From the IMG/VR virus record IMGVR_UViG_3300032315_000647, positions 32,001 to 96,000 of that record: a stretch of DNA of 64,000 bases; one strand, given 5' to 3'. The translations under genes were made by a program, and so were the position numbers. Each line of letters opens with the position of its first letter. The first letter of the stretch is position 1. Below the pieces are notes generated by a model. The model saw only the letters and a program-made list of their open reading frames with translations. It was not told the origin of the DNA and searched no databases. This DNA is from a virus. Shown here one piece after another: positions 39,901 to 49,137 of the stretch.

Positions 39901-42900
39901 AGCTGTAGGTTCATATTCCTTACTGAATGGTTCAGTTTGAACATCGTTATCAGCAGTGCCTAATGCTTCAGCAAGAAGTTGTTGATTCTTGAATAGTCTT
40001 TCTTCTTCAGCTTTTCTAAGTTGATAAGCATCTGCCACAGATTGAAATCTATCAAGAATCTGCTTCTTAGCATTATACTCATTTCCTAATTCATTCAACC
40101 TGCCATAAAGATCAGCTATCTCTTTATTTGCATCCTCAAGTTGTTTCTCACTAACAGCTACGTCTTTCTGTACATCCTGTAGAAGAGCATAATCAGCAAG
40201 ATATTCTTTCAGAGTCTTAACTTCTGAGAACACTGGGTTATCCTTCATCCTCTCCATGCTATCCTTTATGTAGGAAGGATAGTCAGCATCAAATTTCTGC
40301 AAAGCAGATTGCAGCATAGAGATGAACTCCTTGATGGCAGATTCAATATCACCAACCATCTTTGACAATGTATTAATATTGTCACCTGTTTCTTTGACAA
40401 GTAAGTCAATCCACTTAACTTGCTCTTTTAGTTCTTTAAGAAACTCTCCAGAGTTTTCAGGAAGCTCATCAAGGTTTTGTGCAAAGTCTTCAAAATAAGA
40501 GAGATTAAACTCAAGCTCATTTTTCTCAGCAGTGAGTTTAGCAATCTCATCTTCAGTGTCTTCCTTCATACGAGAAAGCTTAGTAAGAGCTTTACTAGTA
40601 GTGGATAGAATTTTACTAAACCTAATATTTTGACGACTGAGTTCAGGATACTTAGCTTCAATAGCTTTTTCTCTTTTTGTACGAGCTTCAGTTGCTTTTA
40701 CCTCACCTATCTTTCCTAAGTCATCTTGAATGCTTTGAAGATCTTTCTTCTTATTTTCAAGCTTACGATTCACTTCCTCAAGACGAGATCTGGTTTCCTC
40801 TTCAAGCTCTACAATAATTTCAAGACGATTACCTCTATTTCTTGCAAGTGTATCTTCAGTTTTCTGACGAGCAATCTCTTCAGGAGATGTAAATTCCTGT
40901 CTAGCTTCTGCTTGTTCAGAATTTTCAATTGTCCCTACAACTTTTATACGAGCCTCTTTAAATCCTTCCTGTACTTGGAAGTATTCATTCTTAAGAGCTT
41001 TTCTTTTGATTTGTCCTTTATCATTTTTATAAACAAAGAAAAGTTTACCATTATCATATTCTATTCTTCCTTGTTTCTTTCCTCCAAAATTTTTTCCAAA
41101 GTTGTATTCAAATATTTCGTTCTTGTGTCTACGGAAATAGTTAACGGTTTTATTACTACGAACTTCATCAGCCCTAGCAATTTTATAATCAAAAAGAACA
41201 TCTTTAGATATGTCTCTTATCTCTCCTTTGTTATCCTTAATCTTGATTGTACCATCTGCATTCTCACCAAGTATAGTGAGAGCACTTATAGTGATAGGCA
41301 CCTCAAGTCCATCTTTATCATAATCAAATGCCTTTCCTACAAAATACTCAACTCCTGTAGCAAGTAAACGATCTTTTTTATCACCTTTAATTGTAATGAG
41401 TTTTGCACCTTCAGGAGCTTTTTCTACATCTTCTTGTTCTTCAGCTTTTTCATCTTCTGGTGTACGCTCATACTCCTTGAATTTCTCAGGAGTCTTTTTT
41501 ATTTCGTTATATTCTTTCAGGAACTTATCCCTACGAATACTCATTTCAGCCACATCCTCAAGAGATTGAGCAATGTCATCTTTCTCAACGTCAGAGATGG
41601 TCTTCATGTTTGCAATGCTATCAATAGCAGCATTGAAACTATCCACCTTACCTTCAATAATATCCTGGACAACACTATCAATGTTAATACCTGCAGCAGC
41701 AAGTTTAGGAGTGAGTTTAGGGATACGAACATCATAATCAGCCACTTTAGAAGCAGCATACACCATCTGATCAATTACAGATGAAGGATATACACGTTTT
41801 CCTTGTTCATCTATTTGACCAGCATATCGTAAGTTGAGAGACTGATATAGAGATTTTACATTATCTGCAGTTTGTTGCAGCGATATAACACGCTGCAGAA
41901 ATGCCTCTCTTGTATCTGTAGGAAGAGCTTTTCCCTCAGCTACAAGTTGAGCAAATCCTTCATCTGTACTAGCCAGAGCTCTATAGTCATTGATATCAGC
42001 TTGCACCAAATCAAACCTACCATACTTAATACGAGGAGAGAGATAGTTAATTACATAATCTGCCTCCTTATCCTTACTATTCAATACATCACCTTTCTTC
42101 AGAAGTTCTTCTCTTTCTTGTTGAAGAACAGTTCCACGGTTGACAGAATCAATTGTATCTTTAGTAAAGTCTGAAAGTCTATATTTATTGAACTTCTGAA
42201 CAGCATCAACTGTATTCTTGCTTTGTTCTACATCCTCTTTATACTTTCCTCTGCCTTGCATAATTGCACCAGACAAGCCACCAATAATAACACTCTCAAT
42301 ACCTTCATCAGTTCCAAAGGTTTGTTGTAACCCTTCTGAAAGACTGCTGAGAAAGCTTGTAGGTTCATTATTGTTCTTCTTATTGAAATAGTCTTTAACA
42401 CTTACACCAATTGCATACTGAGCACCTTCTTCAAATGCTTCAGATGTAGAAAATGTATAAGGTCTGATTTTGTTAAGAGTTCCTAAAATCTTACCACCAA
42501 CAGAAGGTTTTGCAATATATTTTCCACCCTCTTCAACAATATTTTTTGTTTCTGATATAAGAGAATTAATCATTCCCTTTTCAGCAGTGAATGAAGAACC
42601 TAATATTTTAGGAAATTGAATATAGTTGGTTGCTGTAAGCAATCCAACATTAGCCCAGAAAGATGAATCACCTACTTGTTCAGCTTTTCTATTAATAGCG
42701 TCCATATCCTCACCTTGAGGATATACACCATTGTTCTCAGCCCTATATTCTTCAATTAATCTATCCCTTTCTTCATTTAGATTCTGCAAAGCTTCAAACC
42801 CAGCTTCACCTGTTGTAGCTAGTCCAGAAACAACAGCTCTTCCTCCAGGGTTTAATACTTTATAAGAGCTGAGGAATTTATCAGAAAGAGATTTAATTTT

Positions 42901-43686
42901 ACCATACGTATCAGCCACCTTATTAGCAGAAGCAAGTCCTGCTTCTGTAGCAGCTAACACTTCAGCTTGTTTTCCAATTGATACAAGACGAGATATACCA
43001 GGAAGTGCACTAAGTCCTTTGATACCAGCAGCATATACACCTCCTGACAATGCTGCACCAGCAGCGTAGCCAAGATTTTTTACAATACCATTCCAAAGGA
43101 AGTTTGCTGTAAAAAGATTATCAGGAGAATACCAAGCTGCATCTTTCTCAACATTAGTGTAATAGTTAGGAAGAAGATTATTATCAAGTTCTTTATTAAG
43201 ATTATCTAGTGCCCTGTTCATTTCATTATCGTAGAAAGAAGAGGGGTTACCAGTGGCTATCCAATTACCAACACCATTAACAAGTCCCACCGTACCTTGT
43301 AAAAAGGTGGTACCTGTAAGAACAATTCCTTTCCCAACACCATTGACCATTTTCTCAGCCCAAGTCTGACCTTGAGCATATGCATCTTCATTGTTATAAT
43401 CACCAGGTACAAATGAATTATATCTAGGATTAGACATTTCACTAAGAGGACGCATGATAGATCCGCCTCTCATTTGACCTGTGGAGGATTTTCTAACAGA
43501 AGCATCAAGTGCCTGAAGAGCAGATACTGATTCAGTTCCTCTACCAGGACCTTCAGGTGTAGGATTATTAAGACCTCTAAAGTCAACATTAGGAAGTGGC
43601 TCTGGAGCACCACTAGGTTTATATCCACCAAATTGTTGTTCTAAACCTGATCTATCAAGTAACGGTCCTTGTGGATTCTCTGCCAT
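30916..43686 (-). CDS. crAss-like virion-packaged single-chain RNA polymerase with zincin domain
   Basis: RIPTQ..S and GSDFDIDK catalytic loop (DFDID 33670-33684); HEVFH (37759-37773) with EERLAEEF; 4256 aa. Confidence 0.88.
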   Translation of the reverse strand: MAENPQGPLLDRSGLEQQFGGYKPSGAPEPLPNVDFRGLNNPTPEGPGRGTESVSALQALDASVRKSSTGQMRGGSIMRPLSEMSNPRYNSFVPGDYNNEDAYAQGQTWAEKMVNGVGKGIVLTGTTFLQGTVGLVNGVGNWIATGNPSSFYDNEMNRALDNLNKELDNNLLPNYYTNVEKDAAWYSPDNLFTANFLWNGIVKNLGYAAGAALSGGVYAAGIKGLSALPGISRLVSIGKQAEVLAATEAGLASANKVADTYGKIKSLSDKFLSSYKVLNPGGRAVVSGLATTGEAGFEALQNLNEERDRLIEEYRAENNGVYPQGEDMDAINRKAEQVGDSSFWANVGLLTATNYIQFPKILGSSFTAEKGMINSLISETKNIVEEGGKYIAKPSVGGKILGTLNKIRPYTFSTSEAFEEGAQYAIGVSVKDYFNKKNNNEPTSFLSSLSEGLQQTFGTDEGIESVIIGGLSGAIMQGRGKYKEDVEQSKNTVDAVQKFNKYRLSDFTKDTIDSVNRGTVLQQEREELLKKGDVLNSKDKEADYVINYLSPRIKYGRFDLVQADINDYRALASTDEGFAQLVAEGKALPTDTREAFLQRVISLQQTADNVKSLYQSLNLRYAGQIDEQGKRVYPSSVIDQMVYAASKVADYDVRIPKLTPKLAAAGINIDSVVQDIIEGKVDSFNAAIDSIANMKTISDVEKDDIAQSLEDVAEMSIRRDKFLKEYNEIKKTPEKFKEYERTPEDEKAEEQEDVEKAPEGAKLITIKGDKKDRLLATGVEYFVGKAFDYDKDGLEVPITISALTILGENADGTIKIKDNKGEIRDISKDVLFDYKIARADEVRSNKTVNYFRRHKNEIFEYNFGKNFGGKKQGRIEYDNGKLFFVYKNDKGQIKRKALKNEYFQVQEGFKEARIKVVGTIENSEQAEARQEFTSPEEIARQKTEDTLARNRGNRLEIIVELEEETRSRLEEVNRKLENKKKDLQSIQDDLGKIGEVKATEARTKREKAIEAKYPELSRQNIRFSKILSTTSKALTKLSRMKEDTEDEIAKLTAEKNELEFNLSYFEDFAQNLDELPENSGEFLKELKEQVKWIDLLVKETGDNINTLSKMVGDIESAIKEFISMLQSALQKFDADYPSYIKDSMERMKDNPVFSEVKTLKEYLADYALLQDVQKDVAVSEKQLEDANKEIADLYGRLNELGNEYNAKKQILDRFQSVADAYQLRKAEEERLFKNQQLLAEALGTADNDVQTEPFSKEYEPTAKKSTIILPRATAGVMRGKPHQVRANTFGFNLERFPNRENIRGVYVTSKNEDEIIPGLTDRLRMDEAGQINEDIKKDEIIALVMVEEDADGNISLVGEDGQPIAEGANPLDTAIYQVFPDAELKWGAEYDNASMFRKDTPKEVVDSVTAQYKAWRTSVLENPSLRDRHAIGASFGRVQNVTDADGKIIYETRTSVEDANLISTADLESSQLINIPTLPSEGSNLAVLEQGTTTLRTPIGSVVLELPNGLVKLQNRKHTQKEAETIYQVIHQLAKNMLNPQVGIKSPESERLLNWLKSVVYWGIPVDQNKERKPAGYNSIFFEKDPETGKFMLSISGRGKDFPFTPTSLEENKNEIMLLLSNMYNNIKSHYTKQLNESYEEILSISPKGEVISRTWKNYQSYLLSNTTPDGKKRSGEELPLATTMRPVANEEDINRTDIYFYTTDTADDFVIPVVEKKKVATIKRITPGAPATPTAAPKVEAPSVIPSTPASTEEPPFETVTVGVPEAVAVPTSGYVLDGESKNIYVSPEGKQIIFVAPSDTTPANLIDKIKILKGGDLDEVVAKIKAAGKDPGEILKKTIFNAIAPTLDQIRATEEELVITIPEAVPEATVADASAKVGKPISQSIIDAVNEKIIGESDEALRVIVEQELKAFVPENWNQVETWLKANFPNVPIYRVKNIIQATNGKQAWGMFKDGAIYIYENAEVGTVYHEVFHAVWRMFSDPTEQKSVMDEMRARSGKFFDRASLKDVSYSKATEEQLEERLAEEFRDYIQFKKIPQKPAKGRPYILKLFADMLTTIKEFFLGRDSDSKVEKMFSKIGKGYYKSNLPLVNSLAYAKQGIIDVEDAFADSDAVLSLAGINDRERNDIIQHMTYLTLTDMIKTDESLFEVEKRNKKEIYDNLRYQIYRTIAKKARKAQALVRENKNTQEEVNPYISNVLQLMQHVKDQWETIVERHQEYLKSYQIEFDEDENLMVRDEHNSGKSDYQDASKIDNFKKASSAIKLLLSTIPQVNAQGKIIPSSIGGALLLPVGKTYISLMNNLHNSASIEEMLENLRKMAENDVNYRTLYKRITKRSWEEKGVDLGQIKTQHGLQLISSLWNTFKKQNPSVKNVFILENGEVVVGEANLASAGEQIRNEYINSIVFKAKEGKGFFTYNEKEKAFVGDPSKLAKVTNLATPAGLTSFLKELGIPFSVEDVNKMTSDQYKKFKEATLGIKASIAKTEKIATFSGKALGMRGRLLELALVRAAISNPEFSSTYFSVSGERTQSYIGTNAASDLRTFLSKVKVFNKESVGGTQYSYLLTDSFAKNSNILSRMFASNGKIKEGSEDLFEIGYVGGTVDEAKGKRKESSRLTYRQRLVQELNLNVKGWYLNLVPGDASLEWMIKLGNAISAASVRKGMGDINEIFKGYFLSELELVREDRPVAKGRKSKEMRFFKGILGDLHNKVVSATGTPEQVYKDFEKEINRKIEDFMTTDMNKLKIVLSRYGILKETEEGFSIENTELPKNMTEKELNVELMALTANYMIANIEMHKLLYSDPYQYEDELKRIKNFNSPRQAIINSSPKMNTAFNNIWNKGFSSGDIGFTKFTRDYFRTATHADVIGIIDLHNYEKFKETDGAGIINMRANRHFRIRASDWNSDEERQYRYDVAWEKNDKGLDMSPEERVLLAAGNPGIQSAYTPIKPIVSGSKLAKNGTASSYNNVMLDKFALYPLSYRIMKQINSDANAIKLYEKMQKEDIDYIVFASSRKVGAQDPHETYIDGQFNNTPYSEKNITNVPFSIMSIQAEVPSKDTSDVTRGSQITKLITLDFMEAGVPVDFFPGQPFNNRYKAWYKLSDGEKLERSKLYRNIKENQDLLEALIEEGYKTTLERLGIKETITKDKDGKIIERKYEITDFSKAAQTLRDEMLKREINDNASDALAGFLQGKVVLEATPAYQQVRNVIYSIADKQFISPKINGGMKVQIPSTLLESGVRKLKDGFYESEVLKFYEKDGKRVAEVMLGRWFDSPLSDEELINYLNNTEEGQKVLSGVGYRIPTQKQNSVDVIVIKKFLPKEFKDSVVIPAALVQKVGSDFDIDKLSIYLKNVYIKNGKPKLIPYFGIGQQAIDKFKELFDKGEFLSPEQMRELDRYIAEETLLMEDEMDDAAGKFLKSIFGNFFSEEELTAEFMKDVRSKDQIVKKLYKKSLENGYIQSMENLITSDENYENLIKPNSAEVLKKLSAKIAQKTIGQTFDYKNVENMLDRTFMSSLRHAFVTGKYAIGIAAVNQTNHSLNQRQPIYIDKNRLDRASEDDRFWLTDNPDIKFEKYNTIEVDGKMVPTLSMIKNKAGEYISDIIGMFIDGYVDISKGPWIMELGATPNVASTWLFLVKLGVPVNTVAYFMNQPIIRDYLRTIESAGYSWLFIDDFVELMGYRYEQEMSETELDRRLQSFKIPSETALEKNLGKLPSDMSAQEKTDQYLMLKEFLKYAKMAEHMFHVTQGSNYDTASFNDPYLIFKKQMQQIKAQNTIISSVDTLLSNSFVGKLAQNINQVRDAFAQILKSDSPKVRGVIQKVLKPYVNMSDRDFVKVAQKAVADLFDWAVQTDQNLNKQITDILINDGGVGREVVNFVNQLKESNDPLANNEIIRIIEGIPSMRAAKGGVNNVKLNMAENKVYDQNNVIYAFRELRDRLKDDKNPLYDRIVTLAILQSGLSSSPISFTSLIPYEDFEKIYNATLSKLEGLSNLDDFYKLGVFERNNWNNDDITPYLKAALITSKKTGKKYYNPSMKFLPNPVQDAVAKGEIPPVLTRSKNNREASFDYIVYTWEKENDLLTKEEIEQANARGIELYKVIKDKKAKMRKAGDFSFMNKGLFRKVYDNSGTPLEHSDQEGKKYFVYKAVNAWGDSFRANEFYDVDHKSVIENGFIQVEDVDNNVIISKFLQDPKSYKRSVPTQQAPTAPRVPLTFEKAFSPERQKQILKNYSAKYKMTEDEALGEIMECITLEGQMAIKKLKECY

Positions 43687-46283
43687 TATAACGGTTTTTT
43701 AGAAGCCTTTTCCAATAGTTGCAAATCGTTTCTAGTAGCTTGTCTACCATCATTCAGTAATTCATGAATAGCCGCATCTGTAAGTTGCGACATGATAGGA
43801 ACTACTTCTTCCTCACTAAGCATTCTAGGATAGCCAATATCATTATGGTAGGTTTTTGTAATAGGATCGTACATGTTAAGTCTTAATGAGTATGTCCTCC
43901 CACCGTCATTACTAATCACTGCACCAGTAACTCCATAACTTCTTATATTAGGAAAGTCAATTGCTTTAAGATTTGAATTCTGATATGTTATATCCCCTTT
44001 TGTAGGATTAGTTGATAGAAAAGAACTATTAGGATCACTAAACTTTTGCATCATCCTTTGATAAGGTCTGAATGCTCTCACTGCTGGAGAAGGTTCAAAT
44101 CTATCACCAAACATAGCATACTTCTGTTCAGGAGTCATATTGAAAGTGGTAGTACCAGCTTTACCTCTGGCTGTAATTTGATATATAGGAGGACTAAATT
44201 CTGTACCTTCTATTATTGTTACACTGCCTTCAGCGTCCCCACCCTCTGAAATTCCTCTTAATATGTCTTTGTTTAGTGATGGAGATTCAGCAATTGCTCC
44301 TTTTTGAGAATCAGCAAGGTCTGCTACTTTACCAAATAAGGATGATAAACTCTCTTTCTGTGCTTTTGTAGTTGTAGGAATATTATAAGAAACACCTTGT
44401 GCGCTCAACACTCTTCTTTTAACTTCCTCTTCTATAAACTCGTTTTTCTTCTTAAGAACATCATTGTATTTGACATTCACATTTTTTGAATAATAGTTCA
44501 AGTTATCTGTTAACACTTTATCTGCCTGAGTAAATCCTTTTCCAAGAAATCTTGCTTTTTCTGCTTCATAAAGCCTATACTCTTTTTGAGAAAGTTCATT
44601 TTTTGCTCTATTGTCATCAAACGTAACATTAGCTCTACCTCCAGCTTCTGCCGAACTTACAATTTTGTAATTATTAATTTTTGAATTAAAGTCAACTAGA
44701 TCTTTTGGAGTGTAGGTGAATCTGTTTCCTTTGTTATCAGTATAGTTAAGATTGGGAGCATTTTTAGGAATACCGCTATACACATCGCCATACACTCTAT
44801 CAGCTTCTGAACTAATTTTACCAATCATCACTTTATTCTCTTCAGCAACTCTTCTTAATCGTTCTGTATTATCAAAATGCTGTTTTACTACAGGATCCAC
44901 TCCATTTGGAGATCTTAAATAAGCTTCTCTTTGTTGATTCAACCAAGCTTGATCTTTTCCTTTACTAGCTGCAAAATCAGCATCTGATTTTGCAATAGCT
45001 GATGAATAATTCTCTGTTTGGTTTACTACAGTACCTAAAACAACTTTTGGGAGAGTGTTAGGATCAACAGGACCAGGAAGACCACCGTAACCTTCAAGTT
45101 CAGTTCTTTTCAAACGGTTCTCTTCTTTTTTCTCAAAAAGTTCTTGTTCTCTAAGAGAAAGATTCTTTTTAGACAAATCATAATCAAGAAGAAATTTCTT
45201 CCAATCCTGTTCCTTCTTTTCTCTTTCTAATGCAATTTGTGCAAGAGGGTTATTTTCATATGTCTGAGAAGTTTCTGTGAACGAGAATGCATTAGAAAAT
45301 CCATTCATGAAATCAGAAGTGAACAATCTTGCTTTTGCAGAATCTATATCTCCACTAGCAAATGTTTTTGAAATATTACCATATTCAGTGGAGATGTTAT
45401 TTAAGATTTTATCAAGATCTTTTATCTTCCTATCCAGCTGTGCCTTTTCTACAGCAGATGATGTAGAGCTTTTAGCATTCTCAAGAACATTACGTTGTTG
45501 AGCAAATGAATCGTATTTGTTTTTATAGGAAGAGTTAACAGATTTTACAAATTGTTCACCGTCAAGATTTGCATAACTATACCTACCATCAATTTCCATC
45601 TGTTTCCAGTCAGAAGGAGTGAGTCCTGCAAGAAGAGCTTGTTGAATTTTCTCAGGAGAAATACCTGCCATCTTCTCTCTTAGAATAGCATCTTGAATTA
45701 CCAAATTACCTTTACTATCTATTCTGAAGGCATCATCTCTAATACTTGAATCTTTTGTAAGACTCTTTATTACCTCAAGTGCATTCTTTTTGTAATTAGT
45801 GTAAGGGTTATAAGTTCCGTTAAATGTGTCATCTAAACTTTTGCTGTTCAGCCATTTACTAGCTCTATCTTTAAAATCCCAATCATTTGAAGGAGACCCT
45901 TTACCTTCTTTATTGAAGGTTGCCATATCATTCAAACCCTTTCTATAGGCTTGTGTAGAAGACAAAGCATTTACAACATTACGATCTTTGACAATCTGAT
46001 TTGTCATACCTGCTACAGAGTTAACCAACTGAAAGTTGGAAAAGTCACCAGCTGCTACTGTTTTGAGATTGTTCCCAAGTTCATTCAACTTAGATTGCAA
46101 ATATGCTTTATCTATATCACGAACTACGTCTAGTCCAGCAATATTATCTATCTGAGATTGAATCTTCTGAACGCCTTCATCATAGCGCTTTTGCTTTTCC
46201 ATACCAACTTTCACCATAGCTTCCACAGGAAGCTGCTGGATGTATGGATTAAATTGCGGTATAAGATCTGTAAATGAAGCCAT
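43686..46283 (-). CDS. virion ejection/cargo protein
   Basis: helical 865-aa ORF coupled to vRNAP; crAss-like gene order. Confidence 0.6.
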   Translation of the reverse strand: MASFTDLIPQFNPYIQQLPVEAMVKVGMEKQKRYDEGVQKIQSQIDNIAGLDVVRDIDKAYLQSKLNELGNNLKTVAAGDFSNFQLVNSVAGMTNQIVKDRNVVNALSSTQAYRKGLNDMATFNKEGKGSPSNDWDFKDRASKWLNSKSLDDTFNGTYNPYTNYKKNALEVIKSLTKDSSIRDDAFRIDSKGNLVIQDAILREKMAGISPEKIQQALLAGLTPSDWKQMEIDGRYSYANLDGEQFVKSVNSSYKNKYDSFAQQRNVLENAKSSTSSAVEKAQLDRKIKDLDKILNNISTEYGNISKTFASGDIDSAKARLFTSDFMNGFSNAFSFTETSQTYENNPLAQIALEREKKEQDWKKFLLDYDLSKKNLSLREQELFEKKEENRLKRTELEGYGGLPGPVDPNTLPKVVLGTVVNQTENYSSAIAKSDADFAASKGKDQAWLNQQREAYLRSPNGVDPVVKQHFDNTERLRRVAEENKVMIGKISSEADRVYGDVYSGIPKNAPNLNYTDNKGNRFTYTPKDLVDFNSKINNYKIVSSAEAGGRANVTFDDNRAKNELSQKEYRLYEAEKARFLGKGFTQADKVLTDNLNYYSKNVNVKYNDVLKKKNEFIEEEVKRRVLSAQGVSYNIPTTTKAQKESLSSLFGKVADLADSQKGAIAESPSLNKDILRGISEGGDAEGSVTIIEGTEFSPPIYQITARGKAGTTTFNMTPEQKYAMFGDRFEPSPAVRAFRPYQRMMQKFSDPNSSFLSTNPTKGDITYQNSNLKAIDFPNIRSYGVTGAVISNDGGRTYSLRLNMYDPITKTYHNDIGYPRMLSEEEVVPIMSQLTDAAIHELLNDGRQATRNDLQLLEKASKKPL

Positions 46284-46298
46284 TTTATATCAAGTTAG

Positions 46299-46373
46299 CA
46301 AATGTATTATTAACGATTATATTTTCCAAGAGAAATAACAATTTTTGGTAAACGGCTATAACTGAATTAGTTA
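46299..46373 (-). promoter_or_regulatory. promoter for ejection/vRNAP operon with tandem TAAC-N7-GTTA boxes
   Basis: minus: CTTG (46327-30), N20, TACATTTG (46299-306); boxes 46336-46350 (one mismatch) and 46359-46373. Confidence 0.65.
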
Positions 46374-49136
46374 TAGATTTTTAAGAGCTTTTACAATCGA
46401 ACCGTTCTTACCTTTCTTTTTAGGAACTAAAGGAGGTGTTGCAAGACTTGGTTGTTCACTATCACCTGTGTAAATAGTTGGGATGTTGAACTGACCAAGT
46501 TGGAAATTCTGAGTTCTAAAATTAGGACTGTAACGATAATTGTACATGTTCTCATAAACTTGCAACTCTCTATTCTGCAATTTGTTCTGAGCATATTTAG
46601 AAGCAATTGAATTGAGAGCAGCCTGTGTTGTAGCCTTTGTTTTACTCATAGCTTCAGACTGCCTTACATATTGCTTATCAAGAATTTCTAGATTTTGAAG
46701 CTGTGTTTTATTCAGAAGATCTCTGTTCTCTCTTGAGATTTGATCTCTCACAGCTTGATTTATACGGAATTGCTCACCTAATACCTTCTGGTTTGCAGCA
46801 TATTTTTGAGCAGCTAATTGATTTTGAAGAGCTGGATTGTAACCAACAATTCTCTGTTGTGATCTGAAGGTAGCTTCGTTTTCATTTAACACATCCTGAA
46901 GAGATACATTATAAGGAGTGCTTAATTGAGGCTGGAACTTCTGGGCCTGAACAGGTTGTAGTTGATTGGTAGATAGTGCAAACATTTCACCACGCAACTG
47001 ATTAGGATCCAATTCTTCAACATCACTAGGTCTTATGTATGGAAGAACTTGACTGATTAAATCTGAAATTTTAGATGTTCCGTATTGAGGAATTTTAATG
47101 TTATCTCCAGGTTTAATAGTGGTTGTTCCAATTGTTGTAACAAGTGGAAAATCTGGTATGCCTGAAGTTCCATCTTCATATTCAACTGCTGCACTAGCAG
47201 TTTGTTCTCCTAATTTACGATCCTCTAGAAGCTGTACATTACTATTAGTTTCTTTGGCAAGTTTATCAAAAGCTTTTTGAAACTTTAAAACATCAGCTTT
47301 ATTCTTAGGATTGAAGTTTGTCCAATCATACCACGGATTATTTTTCTTCAATGTTTCAATATCGTCAAGTGTTACATTTCCATAAGCAATGTTTGTTTGT
47401 CTTTGTCCTTTAGGAACTTCAGCCAATGCTGTTGCTCTTTTTGGTTTTTTTGTACCAGCTTGAGCTTTTGAAATAAATGCACCTTCTCTAGCCATAATTG
47501 TTCCTTTATCTGTGGCTTGTAGTCCAAATTCCTCAACAGTGTCGTTCATAGCTGTTTGCAAAGCTGCAGCATCCATTTTATTCTGAGCTATGTCTTTAAG
47601 CTTTTGATTTCCACCATCTATCTGAGCTTTCAATGTATTGAAAGCCAATTGATCATAAGGAGTAATTACATCAAGCTCATCAAGTTTATTCACTGCACTG
47701 TTCACCTTCTGATTAATCTTATTTTCATTCTTTGAAAGATCAGCAACGTATTTCTTAAAATTGAGACCGTCAGCACCAGGAAGCATACCTTTAGGAACTT
47801 TTAGATTACCAAATACTACTAAACTACTATCACCACCAGAACCATCTTTCATCTTCATAGCTGGCTCATTACGCTCAACTTCTACAGGACTATTACCAAA
47901 TGTTACACCTATACCAGTGTTACCTTTTCCATCAGATTCTTCATGAGACTGACCTTTGAACATAATTGTTTCTCCATCCTCAGGAAGATATGGATTGTAA
48001 GACATAGGTTCAGCATATCCACCCCAATGGGTTTGGAGTTCTCCACCTTCTTGCATCATCGGTCTTTCTGTAGACATAGCTCTTGCACTAGGGGGAGTGT
48101 AATCTTTTAAGTGTCCACCAGCCCTAAGCATATCAGCATCCTTAGGAGACTTCAGCAAGTCTTTCAATTTATGTTCTCCAAAGGTAGTGATTACTTGAGG
48201 TTGCCATGAATTACTCACCCATTTATACTCATCATCAATGTTCACAGTTCCACCATCTTTCATGAACGAACCAAACTGACTAGCGAGTGCTTGATTCATA
48301 GCACCTTGTTCCATATTTTGTAAACCTTGCTCCATGTACTTTTTGGTATCTCTACCAATAAAATACTCTGGTATAGCACGTTGTAACCCTAGTCCTAAAT
48401 CTAACACTTGCATTCCAGCATCTATCATTGTGCCAGTTTGAGCATCTTGAATATATCCTCCTTCTTCAAACTGTTTAAGTCTACTACTTTCATCAAGAGG
48501 TTCATATCCAAGATTGTCATACAAAGTCCCAGGACTATAAGTATTCTGTATTTCAGCACCATTCTTCGCCATACCAAGAACATCATATCCTCCACCATAA
48601 GGCATCACTCCCATTTGATCAGCCTCAATAGGATTGTCTTCAGGTCTTACATATTGACGTTTTGCAAGATCAGGAGTTTGTGAAGCGGCTTGTTTAACTA
48701 TTTTACTAATATCTAAAAACTTCTTAGCCTCTTTTCTTTGTTTAAAAGCATCAACAACAGCTCCTACATTTTGAATAGTTTTAGCTAAAGGGGTTCCTCC
48801 AAGAGCACCAAAGTTGAACTTTCCAACATTTTTTGTTTCTTGAGGAGTCATTCCTGTAATATCATATGCAGTGGGACTCACCTGACTTTCTAAACTAGGA
48901 AGACCTTGTGGCGTATAATTTAGAGAAGGTGTTCCACCGAACTCTACAGGCTGCATGAACTTAGGGGCAGAAGCATTATATTTAGGAAGTCCTTTTAAAC
49001 CCCACTGTTCAATGCCTGTTTGAGCTTTTTTAAACTCTTTACCATGAGCTTTCATGAATGCCTCTTCTGTAGGATATTTCTTATAGAATTCCTTTTCAGA
49101 CTTTACACCAGCGAGTTTGAGCATTTTTGCTTTCAT
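46371..49136 (-). CDS. cargo protein with repeated [AFM]xxG(G) motifs
   Basis: G.SHE..G..VEVE..E motif typical of crAss-like cargo proteins; Gln-rich helical C-terminus. Confidence 0.6.
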   Translation of the reverse strand: MKAKMLKLAGVKSEKEFYKKYPTEEAFMKAHGKEFKKAQTGIEQWGLKGLPKYNASAPKFMQPVEFGGTPSLNYTPQGLPSLESQVSPTAYDITGMTPQETKNVGKFNFGALGGTPLAKTIQNVGAVVDAFKQRKEAKKFLDISKIVKQAASQTPDLAKRQYVRPEDNPIEADQMGVMPYGGGYDVLGMAKNGAEIQNTYSPGTLYDNLGYEPLDESSRLKQFEEGGYIQDAQTGTMIDAGMQVLDLGLGLQRAIPEYFIGRDTKKYMEQGLQNMEQGAMNQALASQFGSFMKDGGTVNIDDEYKWVSNSWQPQVITTFGEHKLKDLLKSPKDADMLRAGGHLKDYTPPSARAMSTERPMMQEGGELQTHWGGYAEPMSYNPYLPEDGETIMFKGQSHEESDGKGNTGIGVTFGNSPVEVERNEPAMKMKDGSGGDSSLVVFGNLKVPKGMLPGADGLNFKKYVADLSKNENKINQKVNSAVNKLDELDVITPYDQLAFNTLKAQIDGGNQKLKDIAQNKMDAAALQTAMNDTVEEFGLQATDKGTIMAREGAFISKAQAGTKKPKRATALAEVPKGQRQTNIAYGNVTLDDIETLKKNNPWYDWTNFNPKNKADVLKFQKAFDKLAKETNSNVQLLEDRKLGEQTASAAVEYEDGTSGIPDFPLVTTIGTTTIKPGDNIKIPQYGTSKISDLISQVLPYIRPSDVEELDPNQLRGEMFALSTNQLQPVQAQKFQPQLSTPYNVSLQDVLNENEATFRSQQRIVGYNPALQNQLAAQKYAANQKVLGEQFRINQAVRDQISRENRDLLNKTQLQNLEILDKQYVRQSEAMSKTKATTQAALNSIASKYAQNKLQNRELQVYENMYNYRYSPNFRTQNFQLGQFNIPTIYTGDSEQPSLATPPLVPKKKGKNGSIVKALKNL

Positions 49137-49137
49137 G

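Noticed and set aside
26299-45501. Numerous 60-270 aa + strand ORFs opposite the giant genes
   Set aside because: Antisense to well-supported genes, with low-information hydrophobic/Ser-rich composition.
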